Origin: Kofleriaceae bacterium
GTDB taxonomy: Bacteria; Myxococcota_A; Polyangia; Haliangiales; Haliangiaceae
Assembly: GCA_965215005.1 (NCBI GenBank)
Contig: CBDCCZ010000050.1
Location: forward strand, 1-17,161
Reading direction: 5' to 3'
Length of the DNA: 17,161 nt
A program made the translations under genes and the position numbers. The notes beneath the pieces are model-generated. The model was not told where the DNA came from. It searched no databases and was given only the letters and a program-made list of their open reading frames with translations. This document shows positions 1-10,300 of this stretch, piece by piece. Within the stretch, counting starts at the first letter, position 1, and each line of letters opens with the position of its first letter.

Positions 1-1
1 G

Positions 2-1312
2 CACGCCGCAGCGCATCCAGAGACGCCTGTCTCCCTCCCCATCGAAACACATCTCGGCTATTGGACGACGCAGCTACGCGGCGTGGAGCCGCTGCAGCTC
101 CCGACCGACTTCCCGCGGCCCAAGCGCGCTTCGGACGAAGCGGGCGCCGTGCCGGTGCGCATTCCCGCGGAGCTGAGCCAACGGGTGGCATCCTTCGCGC
201 GCGAGGAAGGGACCACTCCCTACGTGGTGTGGCTGTCGCTCTATGGTGCGCTCCTCGGTCGGCTCGGCCGCCAAGACGACCTCACCATTGGCAGCCCGGT
301 GGCCAATCGGCGCGACCCCAAGCTGGAAGGACTCATCGGCTTCTTTGTCAACACGGTGGTGCAGCGCCTCAACCTGAGCGGCCGGCCCTCGCTGCGCGAG
401 CTGGTGCGCCGCACGCACGAGACGGCGCTCCAAACGCAGGAGCATCAGGACGCCCCGTTCGAGCAAGTCGTGCAGGCGCTGGATGTCCCGCGCGACCTGT
501 CGTCGACGCCGCTCTTCCAAGCGATGCTCGCGTATCAGAGTGCACAAGGCGGTGAGCGCCTCGACGTCGGTGAGGTCACGTTCGAAGCGCTGCCTTCCGA
601 GCCCTCCGCGCAGTTCGACCTGAGCCTATCGCTGAGCGAATCGACCGCGTCGACCACCGGCGCGCTGGTGTACCGCTCCACGCTCTTCTCTCAGCAGACG
701 ATGGAGCGGCTGGTAGCGCACCTAGTGCGCCTGACGCGAGAGGCACTGTCCGCACCGTCGGAGCCGATGGTGGCACTGTCGCTGCTAGATGGCGACGAGC
801 GCACGCGCGTGTTGGAGCGCTTCCAGGGCGAGGCCGCAGCGGCCGATGTTCCGGATGTGCTGACCGCATTCCGCGCGCAGGCGAAGCAGCACCCGGATGC
901 GGAGGCGCTACGCTTCGAAGGCACTTCACTTACCTACGCGGAGCTCGACCGCCGCACCGACGCACTGGCGGCAGCGTTGCACGCACGAGGCATCGGACCG
1001 GGTAGTCGTGTGGGTCTGAAGCTCGAGCGGAGCCTGAGCCTGGTGGAAGCGGTGTGGGGCGTGTGGAAAGCGGGCGCGGCTTATGTGCCGCTGGACCCGT
1101 CGCTGCCGGCGGAGCGGCTGTCGTTCATGATGGAAGACGCGGCGCCACAGCTGGTGCTCACCGACGACGACGAGCACTCGGACGCATCGCTCTCGTTCAC
1201 TCAGCTGATGGAAGAGGGCGCTCGCGTCGGACCGCTCTGCGCCCAAGGTCTCGCTGACACCCACCACGCCGGCCTACCTCATCTACACGTCGGGCTCGAC
1301 GGGCAGACCTAA
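2..1312 (+). CDS. NRPS fragment 1: end of DCL C, half C domain, N-terminal part of A1; true frame lost at ~1217
   Basis: ORF 83..1312 extends upstream to 2 ([21 protein letters not shown]...); [32 protein letters not shown] motifs; the tail after MEE is out of frame. Confidence 0.85.
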   Translation, partial: HAAAHPETPVSLPIETHLGYWTTQLRGVEPLQLPTDFPRPKRASDEAGAVPVRIPAELSQRVASFAREEGTTPYVVWLSLYGALLGRLGRQDDLTIGSPVANRRDPKLEGLIGFFVNTVVQRLNLSGRPSLRELVRRTHETALQTQEHQDAPFEQVVQALDVPRDLSSTPLFQAMLAYQSAQGGERLDVGEVTFEALPSEPSAQFDLSLSLSESTASTTGALVYRSTLFSQQTMERLVAHLVRLTREALSAPSEPMVALSLLDGDERTRVLERFQGEAAAADVPDVLTAFRAQAKQHPDAEALRFEGTSLTYAELDRRTDALAAALHARGIGPGSRVGLKLERSLSLVEAVWGVWKAGAAYVPLDPSLPAERLSFMMEDAAPQLVLTDDDEHSDASLSFTQLMEEGARVGPLCAQGLADTHHAGLPHLHVGLDGQT

Positions 1313-4300
1313 AGGCGTGGTGTCACACCACGGTGGCTTGGCCAACCGCCTGCAGTGGATGCAGCAGGCGTATCCTGTTGGCATCGGCGATCGAGTGGCG
1401 CACAAAACGCCGTTCAGCTTCGATGTATCGGTATGGGAGCTAAGCTGGCCGCTGCTGACCGGAGCGACGCTGAGCGTGGCGCCTCCGGAGCTGCACCGCG
1501 ATGCGGCGGGGCTGCAGTCGTGGCTCGAAGCGGAAGAAGTGCGTGTGGTGCACTTCGTTCCGTCGATGCTGCGGGCGTGGCTGGAGACTGGCGCGCGCGC
1601 GGGCGCGCTACGCACGGTGGTGTGCAGTGGAGAAGCCTTGCCGGGCGCAGTCGCCGAGAGCTTCGCGCGGGCGCTGCCGACCGTGGCTCTCGAGAACCTC
1701 TACGGCCCCACCGAAGCCGGCCATCGACGTCACGCGCGCCAGCGTCGAAGCGGGTGCACCGATCACCTTGGGGCGACCGGTCCAAGGCACTCAGACCTAT
1801 GTGCTCGACGCCGCGCTGAAGCTCTGCGGCATCGGCGCGGTAGGCGAGCTGTACCTCGCCGGGATGCAGCTGGCGCACGGCTACCACGGTCGCTCCGCGC
1901 TGACGGCTGAGCGCTTCGTGCCTAATCCTTTCGGCGCGCCGGGCAGCCGGATGTACCGCACCGGGGACCTGGCGCGGTGGACCGAAAACGGCGAGCTGGA
2001 GTTTCTCGGCCGCGCAGACTTTCAGGTCAAAGTGCGCGGCTATCGCATCGAGCTCGGCGAGATCGAGTCGCAGCTACAGGCGCAGCCGTCGGTGCAGCAA
2101 GCGGTGGTCGTGGCACGGGACGAACGGCTGCATGCCTATGTCGTCACGGCCGACGCGACTGCGGACGCCACATCTCTACGTGCGGCGCTGAGCGCGGTCC
2201 TACCGGAGTACATGGTGCCGGCGACGTTCACGGCGCTGCCCTCGCTGCCGCTGACTCCGTCAGGCAAGCTGGACCGCCGCGCGCTGCCCGAGCCCGAGGT
2301 AGAGAAGGCGGTGTACGAGCCGCCGCGCGGCGAAGTGGAGCAAACGCTGGCAGCGTTGTGGCAGGAGCTGCTCGGTGTAGAGCGAGTCGGTCGCGGCGAC
2401 GACTTCTTCGCGCTCGGTGGCCATTCGCTCTTGGCCACGCGGCTGGTGGCGCGGGTAAGCTCGGAGCTCGGGCAGTCGCTGTCGCTACGCGACGTCTTCG
2501 AGCGGCCGCAGCTGGGCGCGATGGCGGAAGCGATTGGCGGGCAAGCGGCGACGCCGCCGCTCACGCGAGTGGAGCGCGAAGGCCCTCTTTTGGCGAGCTA
2601 CGCGCAAGAGCGGCAGTGGGTGCTGCACCAGCTGTCGCCCGAGTCTGCGGCGTACCACATGCCGGTGCTGTTGGAGGTGACCGGGACGCTGGATGACGCG
2701 GCGCTGGAACAGGCATTGAAGCAGCTGACCGAGCGGCACGAGGTGCTGCGCACGCGGCTCTACGAAGTGGACGGGGAGCTGCGGCCAGAGGTGCTGCCCG
2801 AGGCGCCGCTGCGGCTCGAGCGCTTCGCAATGACGCGCGCCGAAGCCGAGGCCCACGCCGGAGCGTGGATGCGCCGCCCATTCGCGCTCTCCGAAGGCGA
2901 GGTGCTGCGCGCAGCGCTCTACGAGCTCACCGATACCGATTCGCAGCTTCTGGCGTTCTGCATGCATCACATCGCATCGGACGGGGTATCCATGCAGGTG
3001 CTGGTGCGCGAGGTAGGCGCGCTTTTGAGTGGCGAGACGCTCGAGCCGTTGCCGGTGCAGTACGGCGACTACGCCGCGTGGCAGCGGCAATGGATGGAAG
3101 CGGGCGGAGAGCTTGAGCGGCAGCTCGGCTACTGGACGACGCAGCTCCAAGGCGTGGAGCCGCTGCAGCTTCCAACCGACTTCCCGCGGCCCAAGCGCGC
3201 TTCGGACGAAGCGGGCTCCGTGCCGGTGCGCATTCCCGCGGAGCTGAGCCAGCGCGTGCACACCTTTGCGCGCCAAGAGGGCACCACGCCCTACGTGGTG
3301 TGGCTGTCACTCTATGGCGCGCTCCTCGGTCGGCTCGGCCGCCAAGACGACCTCACCATTGGCAGCCCGGTGGCCAATCGCCGCGACCCCAAGCTGGAAG
3401 GACTCATCGGCTTCTTCGTCAACACGGTGGTGCAGCGGCTCGACCTGAGCGGCCGACCGTCGCTGCGGGAGCTGGTGCGCCGTACCCACGAGACCGCGCT
3501 CCAAACGCAGGAGCATCAGGACGCACCGTTCGAGCAAGTCGTGCAAGCGCTGGACGTCCCGCGCGACCTGTCGTCGACGCCGCTGTTCCAAGCGATGCTC
3601 GCGTATCAGAGTGACCAGCGCGCCGAGGGTGGTGAGCGCCTCGACCTTGGTGAGGTCACGTTGGAGGCGTTGCCTTCCGAGCCCTCCGCGCAGTTCGACC
3701 TGAACCTATCGCTGAGCGAATCGCCCGAGTCGACCTCTGGCGCGCTGGTGTACCGCTCCACGCTCTTCTCTCAGCAGACGATGGAGCGGCTGGTAGCGCA
3801 CCTAGTGCGCCTGACGCGAGAGGCACTGTCCGCACCGTCGGAGCCGATGGTGGCACTGTCGCTGCTAGATGGCGACGAGCGCACGCGCGTGTTGGAGCGC
3901 TTCCAGGGCGAGGCCGCAGCGGCCGATGTTCCGGATGTGCTGACCGCATTCCGCGCCCAGGCGAAGCAGCACCCGGATGCGGAGGCGCTACGCTTTGAAG
4001 GCACGTCACTTACCTACGCGGAGCTCGACCGCCGCACCGACGCGCTGGCGGCAGCGTTGCACGCACGAGGCATCGGACCGGGTAGTCGCGTGGGTCTGAA
4101 GCTCGAGCGGAGCCTGAGCCTGGTGGAAGCGGTGTGGGGCGTGTGGAAAGCCGGCGCAGCCTACATTCCCCTTGACCCTTCGCTGCCGGCCGAACGGCTA
4201 GCGTTCATGAGGGAGGACTCGGCGCCGGAGCTGTTGCTCACCGACGACGACGACGACTCAAATGCCTCGCTCTCGTTCGCTCGGCTGATGGAAGAGGCGC

Positions 4301-7300
4301 TCGCGTCGAACGCCTCCGCGCCCGAGGTATCGCTTGCGCCCACGACGCCGGCCTACCTCATCTACACGTCGGGCTCGACGGGCAGACCCAAAGGCGTGGT
4401 GTCGCACCACGGAGGCTTGGCCAACCGCCTGCAGTGGATGCAGCAGGCGTACACCATAGGCATCGGCGACCGAGTGGCGCACAAGACGCCGTTCAGCTTC
4501 GACGTATCTGTATGGGAGCTGAGCTGGCCGCTACTGACCGGAGCGACGCTGAGCGTGGCGCCACCGGAGCTGCACCGCGATGCGACGGCGCTGCAGTCGT
4601 GGCTCGAAGCGGAAGAAGTGCGCGTGGTGCACTTCGTTCCGTCGATGCTGCGGGCGTGGCTGGAGACCGGCGCGCGCGCGGGCGTACTACGCACGGTAGT
4701 GTGCAGTGGCGAAGCCTTGCCCGACGCGGTCGCCGAAAGCTTCGCGCGGGCTCTGCCGACCGTGGCTCTCGAGAATCCTCTACGGCCCCACCGAAGCGGC
4801 CATCGACGTCACGCGCGCCAGCGTCGAAGCGGGGTGCGCCGGTCACCTTGGGGCGACCGGTCCAAGGCACTCAGACCTATGTGCTCGATGCCGCGCTGAA
4901 GCCCTGCGGCATTGGCGCGGTGGGCGAGCTCTACCTCGGTGGCGTGCAGCTGGCGCACGGCTACCACGGGCGGTCGGAGCTCACTGCGGAGCGCTTCGTG
5001 CCCAATCCTTTCGGCGCGCCGGGCAGCCGGATGTACCGCACCGGGGACCTGGCGCGGTGGACCGAGAGCGGCGAGCTGGAGTTTCTCGGCCGCGCCGACT
5101 TTCAGGTCAAAGTGCGCGGCTATCGCATCGAGCTCGGCGAGATCGAGTCGCAGCTGGAGGCGCAGCCCTCGGTGCAGCAAGCGGTGGTCGTCGCGCGGGA
5201 CGAACGGCTGCATGCCTATGTAGTCACGAAAGATGCAACTGCGGACGCCGCGTCTCTACACGCGCCGCGCTGAGCGCGGTTCTGCCGGAGTACATGGTGC
5301 CGGCGACGTACACGTCGCTCGAGTCCTTGCCGCTGACTCCGTCAGGCAAGCTGGACCGCCGCGCGCTTCCCGAGCCGGAGGTGGAGCAAGCGGATTACCA
5401 GCCGCCGCGTGACGAGATTGAACAGACGCTGGCGACGGTGTGGCAGAAGCTGCTCGGAGTGGCGCGGGTAGGGCGGCAAGACGACTTCTTCGCGCTGGGT
5501 GGCGACTCCATTGTGGCTCTGCAGCTCTTGGCGCGGCTGTCGTCGGCGGGAGTGCATCTGTCGCTGCGTGATGTGTTCGAGCATCCGGTGCTGTCAGCGC
5601 TGGCGAAGCAGCGGCGCGAGGCAGTGATCGCGGAGCAGGGTTTGGTCGAGGGCGAGCTGGCGCCGTTCCCCGTTCATCAAGAGTTCTTGGCGGAGGCGGC
5701 CGGTCGCGAGCATTTCAACCAAGCGTTTGTCCTATCCCTTGAGTCGCGCGTGAGCTTCGAGCGGGTGGAGGGGGCGGTAAAGCGGTTGGTGCGGCATCAC
5801 GACGCGCTGCGCCTTCGCTGGGAAACCACGGCAGACGGGGAGTGGCGCGGTGTATTCGGCCCGGCGGACGGCGCGGTGATGCTGGAGCTCGAAGACGTGT
5901 CGACGCTGCCCGCCGAAGCGCAGACCGCGCGCATCGAGTCGTTGTGTGCGGCCGCGCAGGCCCGCCTGAGTCTCGCGGGACCGATGGGCCGCGCCGTCTA
6001 TTTCGACACCGGCGAGCGGCCACGCTTGCTGCTGGCCTTCCACCATTTGGTGGTCGATGGCGTGAGTTGGCGCGTGCTGCTGCCGCAGCTGCAGGCGCTG
6101 TTGCTGGACCCGCAAGCGACGTTGCCGGCCAAGACCACGTCGGTGCAGCGGTGGGGCCAAGCGCTGGTGGAGGCCGCGCCGTGCCATGAAGGGCAGCTGC
6201 CGCGATGGACCGAGGCGGTGGAGCACGCGCGCGCGCAAAACCTCGGCCTCGGTCCCCAGCGGATCGCCGCTGAGCGCGTGACGCACAGCTTTACGCTGAG
6301 CGCGGCGACGACAACGGCGCTTCTGAGCCAGGCGTTGTCGCCGTATCGGTTGACCACCGAAGAGGTGTTGCTGGCAGCTTTGGCGCAAAGCTTTTCCGAG
6401 CAAGACGTGGTGGTGGTGACGCTCGAAGGTCACGGCCGCGAGGCAGAGGCCATCGACGCCAGCGTAGATCTATCGCGAACGATGGGCTGGTTCACCACGA
6501 TGTATCCGGTGGTGCTGCCGGTGCATCGCGACGCGGAGGCGCAGCTGGTGGCGGCCAAGGAGCAGCTGCGTGCAGTGCCGGACAAAGGCATCGGCTTTGG
6601 AGCACTGCAGTCGAGCCACCGGTCGCTACGGTATGCGCCCGACATGGTGTTCAACTACCTGGGTCAGACGCGAGGCGCGCTGAGCGCGGACGGTCTGGCA
6701 CTGGCACCGGAGAGCGCGGGTCCCTCGATGTCGGCGGAGCGCCCGCGCGAAGCGGTGACGGTGACAGCCATCGTCGTCGGCGAAGGGCGGATGCAGGTCT
6801 CGGTGGAGGTGGCGGCGCCGCAGGCTTCGCGAGGCGCTGAGCTCGCGAAAGCCATGGAGGCTTCGCTGCATCAGCTGCTGGCTCACCTGCAGCAGCCGGC
6901 GGTCGGTCGGTGGACTCCGAGCGACTTCTCGCTGGTCCCGGAGCTGACCGAGCGGGACCTGTCGGCGCTGCTGCAAGCGCACCCGCATCTGGAAGACATC
7001 TGGCCCTTGTCGCCGCTACAGCGAGGGCTGTACGTGCACGCGCGCCGCGACCGAAGTGCGTATGTGACACAGATGCGCCTCGATGTGGAGGGGGCGGACG
7101 AGGCGGCCTTGGAAGCGGGCCTGAGCCGGCTGCGCCAGGGCATGGAGCAGTCGGTGGAGGCACACAGCGCGGTCCGTGTGGCGATGCACACGCTCCGCGA
7201 CGGCACCGCGGTGCAGGTGGTTGTCCCCGCTCCACTGCCGTGGGTCGAAGAATACGCGTCCGCGGAGGCCGAGGACGAAGCGTGGCTGACGGAGGATCGC

Positions 7301-10300
7301 GCGCGCGGCTTCGTGCTGGAGGAGGCGCCGCTGATGCGCGTGAGCGTGCGCCGTTTGGGCGATGGTCGCGCGCAGCTGTTGTGGACCACGCACCACTTGG
7401 TGATGGATGGGTGGTCGCTGGCGCGATTCTTCCGCGACGTGGCGCAGGCGATGGCTGGGCAGCCAATCGTAAACGCGCCGAGCTACCGCGCGCACTTGCG
7501 GTCCATCGCCTCGGGACCGACGGCCGCGGAGGCGCGGAGCTATTTTGCGGAGTCGCTCGCGGGCGCTCGCAGCACGCGCCTGCTCCAGGCACCGACCGTG
7601 GGGGAAACGCCGCACGTCGTGGAGCACACGGTCGAGGTGCCGCTGGCGCCTCTGGCGCAGTGGGCGGCCTCGGCGCACACGACGGTCGCCAATCTGGTGG
7701 CGACGGCCTACGCGGCCACGCTGGGAAGCTTCGCGCAGACCCGTGACGTAGTGTTCGGCCAGACGACGTCGGGCCGCTCGCCCGACCGACCCGAGAGTCA
7801 CGACACGGTAGGGCTGTTCATCAATACGCTTCCGGTGCGCCTGCGGTGGGAAGGCGGCGAGTCTCCCCGCGAGCTGGCCGCGCGCATGCAGTCGGATTTC
7901 TTGGAGCGGCAGCGCCACGAGCAGACGCCGCTAGTAGACGCCCTCGGCGCCGCAGGTCTACGCGACTTCGACGCGCTGTACGTCTTCGAAAACTATCCGG
8001 TGGAGAAGGCGGTGCAAACGCAGCCGAGCGATGCGGGGCTCACGCTACAAATGCGGAGCTCACGCGAGCCCACGCACTATAGCGTCGCATTGGTTGCTTC
8101 CACCTCGGAGGACCGGCTGCAGCTGCGGCTGGGCGTCGATGAACGGCGGGCGTCGGAATACTGGAGCGCGGCGTTTCTGACGGCCTTGACCCAGTGGCTA
8201 GCGCACGCCGCAGCGCATCCAGAGACGCCTGTCTCCCTCCCCATCGAAACACATCTCGGCTATTGGACGACGCAGCTACGCGGCGTGGAGCCGCTGCAGC
8301 TCCCGACCGACTTCCCGCGGCCCAAGCGCGCTTCGGACGAAGCGGGCGCCGTGCCGGTGCGCATTCCCGCGGAGCTGAGCCAACGGGTGGCATCCTTCGC
8401 GCGCGAGGAAGGGACCACTCCCTACGTGGTGTGGCTGTCGCTCTATGGTGCGCTCCTCGGTCGGCTCGGCCGCCAAGACGACCTCACCATTGGCAGCCCG
8501 GTGGCCAATCGGCGCGACCCCAAGCTGGAAGGACTCATCGGCTTCTTTGTCAACACGGTGGTGCAGCGCCTCAACCTGAGCGGCCGGCCCTCGCTGCGCG
8601 AGCTGGTGCGCCGTACCCACGAGACGGCGCTCCAAACGCAGGAGCATCAGGACGCACCGTTCGAGCAAGTCGTGCAGGCGCTCGATGTCCCACGCGACCT
8701 GTCGTCGACGCCGCTGTTCCAAGCGATGCTCGCGTATCAGAGTGCACAAGGCGGTGAGCGACTCGACCTCGGTGAGGTCACGTTCGAAGCGCTGCCTTCC
8801 GAGCCCTCCGCGCAGTTCGACCTGAACCTATCGCTGAGCGAATCGCCCGAGTCGACCACCGGCGCGTTGGTGTACCGCTCCACGCTCTTCTCTCAGCAGA
8901 CGATGGAGCGGCTGGTAGCGCACCTAGTGCGCCTGACGCGAGAGGCACTGTCCGCACCGTCGGAGCCGATGGTGGCACTGTCGCTGCTAGATGGCGACGA
9001 GCGCACGCGCGTGTTGGAGCGCTTCCAGGGCGAGGCCGCAGCGGCCGATGTTCCGGATGTGCTGACCGCATTCCGCGCGCAGGCGAAGCAGCACCCGGAT
9101 GCGGAGGCGCTACGCTTCGAAGGCACTTCACTTACCTACGCGGAGCTCGACCGCCGCACCGACGCACTGGCGGCAGCGTTGCACGCACGAGGCATCGGAC
9201 CGGGTAGTCGTGTGGGTCTGAAGCTCGAGCGGAGCCTGAGCCTGGTGGAAGCGGTGTGGGGCGTGTGGAAAGCGGGCGCGGCTTATGTGCCGCTGGACCC
9301 GTCGCTGCCGGCGGAGCGGCTGTCGTTCATGATGGAAGACGCGGCGCCACAGCTGGTGCTCACCGACGACGACGAGCACTCGGACGCATCGCTCTCGTTC
9401 ACTCAGCTGATGGAAGAGGGCGCTCGCGTCGGACCGCTCTGCGCCCAAGGTCTCGCTGACACCCACCACGCCGGCCTACCTCATCTACACGTCGGGCTCG
9501 ACGGGCAGACCTAAAGGCGTGGTGTCACACCACGGTGGCTTGGCCAACCGCCTGCAGTGGATGCAGCAGGCGTATCCTGTTGGCATCGGCGATCGAGTGG
9601 CGCACAAAACGCCGTTCAGCTTCGATGTATCGGTATGGGAGCTAAGCTGGCCGCTGCTGACCGGAGCGACGCTGAGCGTGGCGCCTCCGGAGCTGCACCG
9701 CGATGCGGCGGGGCTGCAGTCGTGGCTCGAAGCGGAAGAAGTGCGTGTGGTGCACTTCGTTCCGTCGATGCTGCGGGCGTGGCTGGAGACTGGCGCGCGC
9801 GCGGGCGCGCTACGCACGGTGGTGTGCAGTGGAGAAGCCTTGCCGGGCGCAGTCGCCGAGAGCTTCGCGCGGGCGCTGCCGACCGTGGCTCTCGAGAACC
9901 TCTACGGCCCCACCGAAGCGGCCATCGACGTCACGCGCGCCAGCGTCGAAGCGGGTGCACCGATCACCTTGGGGCGACCGGTCCAAGGCACTCAGACCTA
10001 TGTGCTCGACGCCGCGCTGAAGCTCTGCGGCATCGGCGCGGTAGGCGAGCTGTACCTCGCCGGGATGCAGCTGGCGCACGGCTACCACGGTCGCTCCGCG
10101 CTGACGGCTGAGCGCTTCGTGCCTAATCCTTTCGGCGCGCCGGGCAGCCGGATGTACCGCACCGGGGACCTGGCGCGGTGGACCGAAAACGGCGAGCTGG
10201 AGTTTCTCGGCCGCGCAGACTTTCAGGTCAAAGTGCGCGGCTATCGCATCGAGCTCGGCGAGATCGAGTCGCAGCTACAGGCGCAGCCGTCGGTGCAGCA

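Larger units (their letters stand above)
1..8202 (+). repeat. Tandem bimodule repeat, copy 1 (8202 nt as given, 8196 nt corrected)
   Basis: gcacgccgcagcgcatccagagacgcc at 1 recurs at 8203 and 16403; colinear near-identity throughout. Confidence 0.98.

Noticed and set aside
1317..1319. GTG at 1317 (and 9519) as a real start of a separate NRPS subunit
   Set aside because: It falls at the end of the A3 motif (GRPKG-V), would cut off the P-loop, and has no convincing Shine-Dalgarno. It is a by-product of the upstream frameshift.
4243..4257. (GAC)5 trinucleotide run (also ~12444-12458; shorter at ~1163)
   Set aside because: In-frame poly-Asp in a variable loop, same length in both copies; no sign of phase variation.
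5640..6935. Possible second C or dual E/C domain instead of E
   Set aside because: EGHGRE, RTxGWF, FNYLGQ, TPSDF and the upstream GGDSI PCP are diagnostic of a standard E domain.
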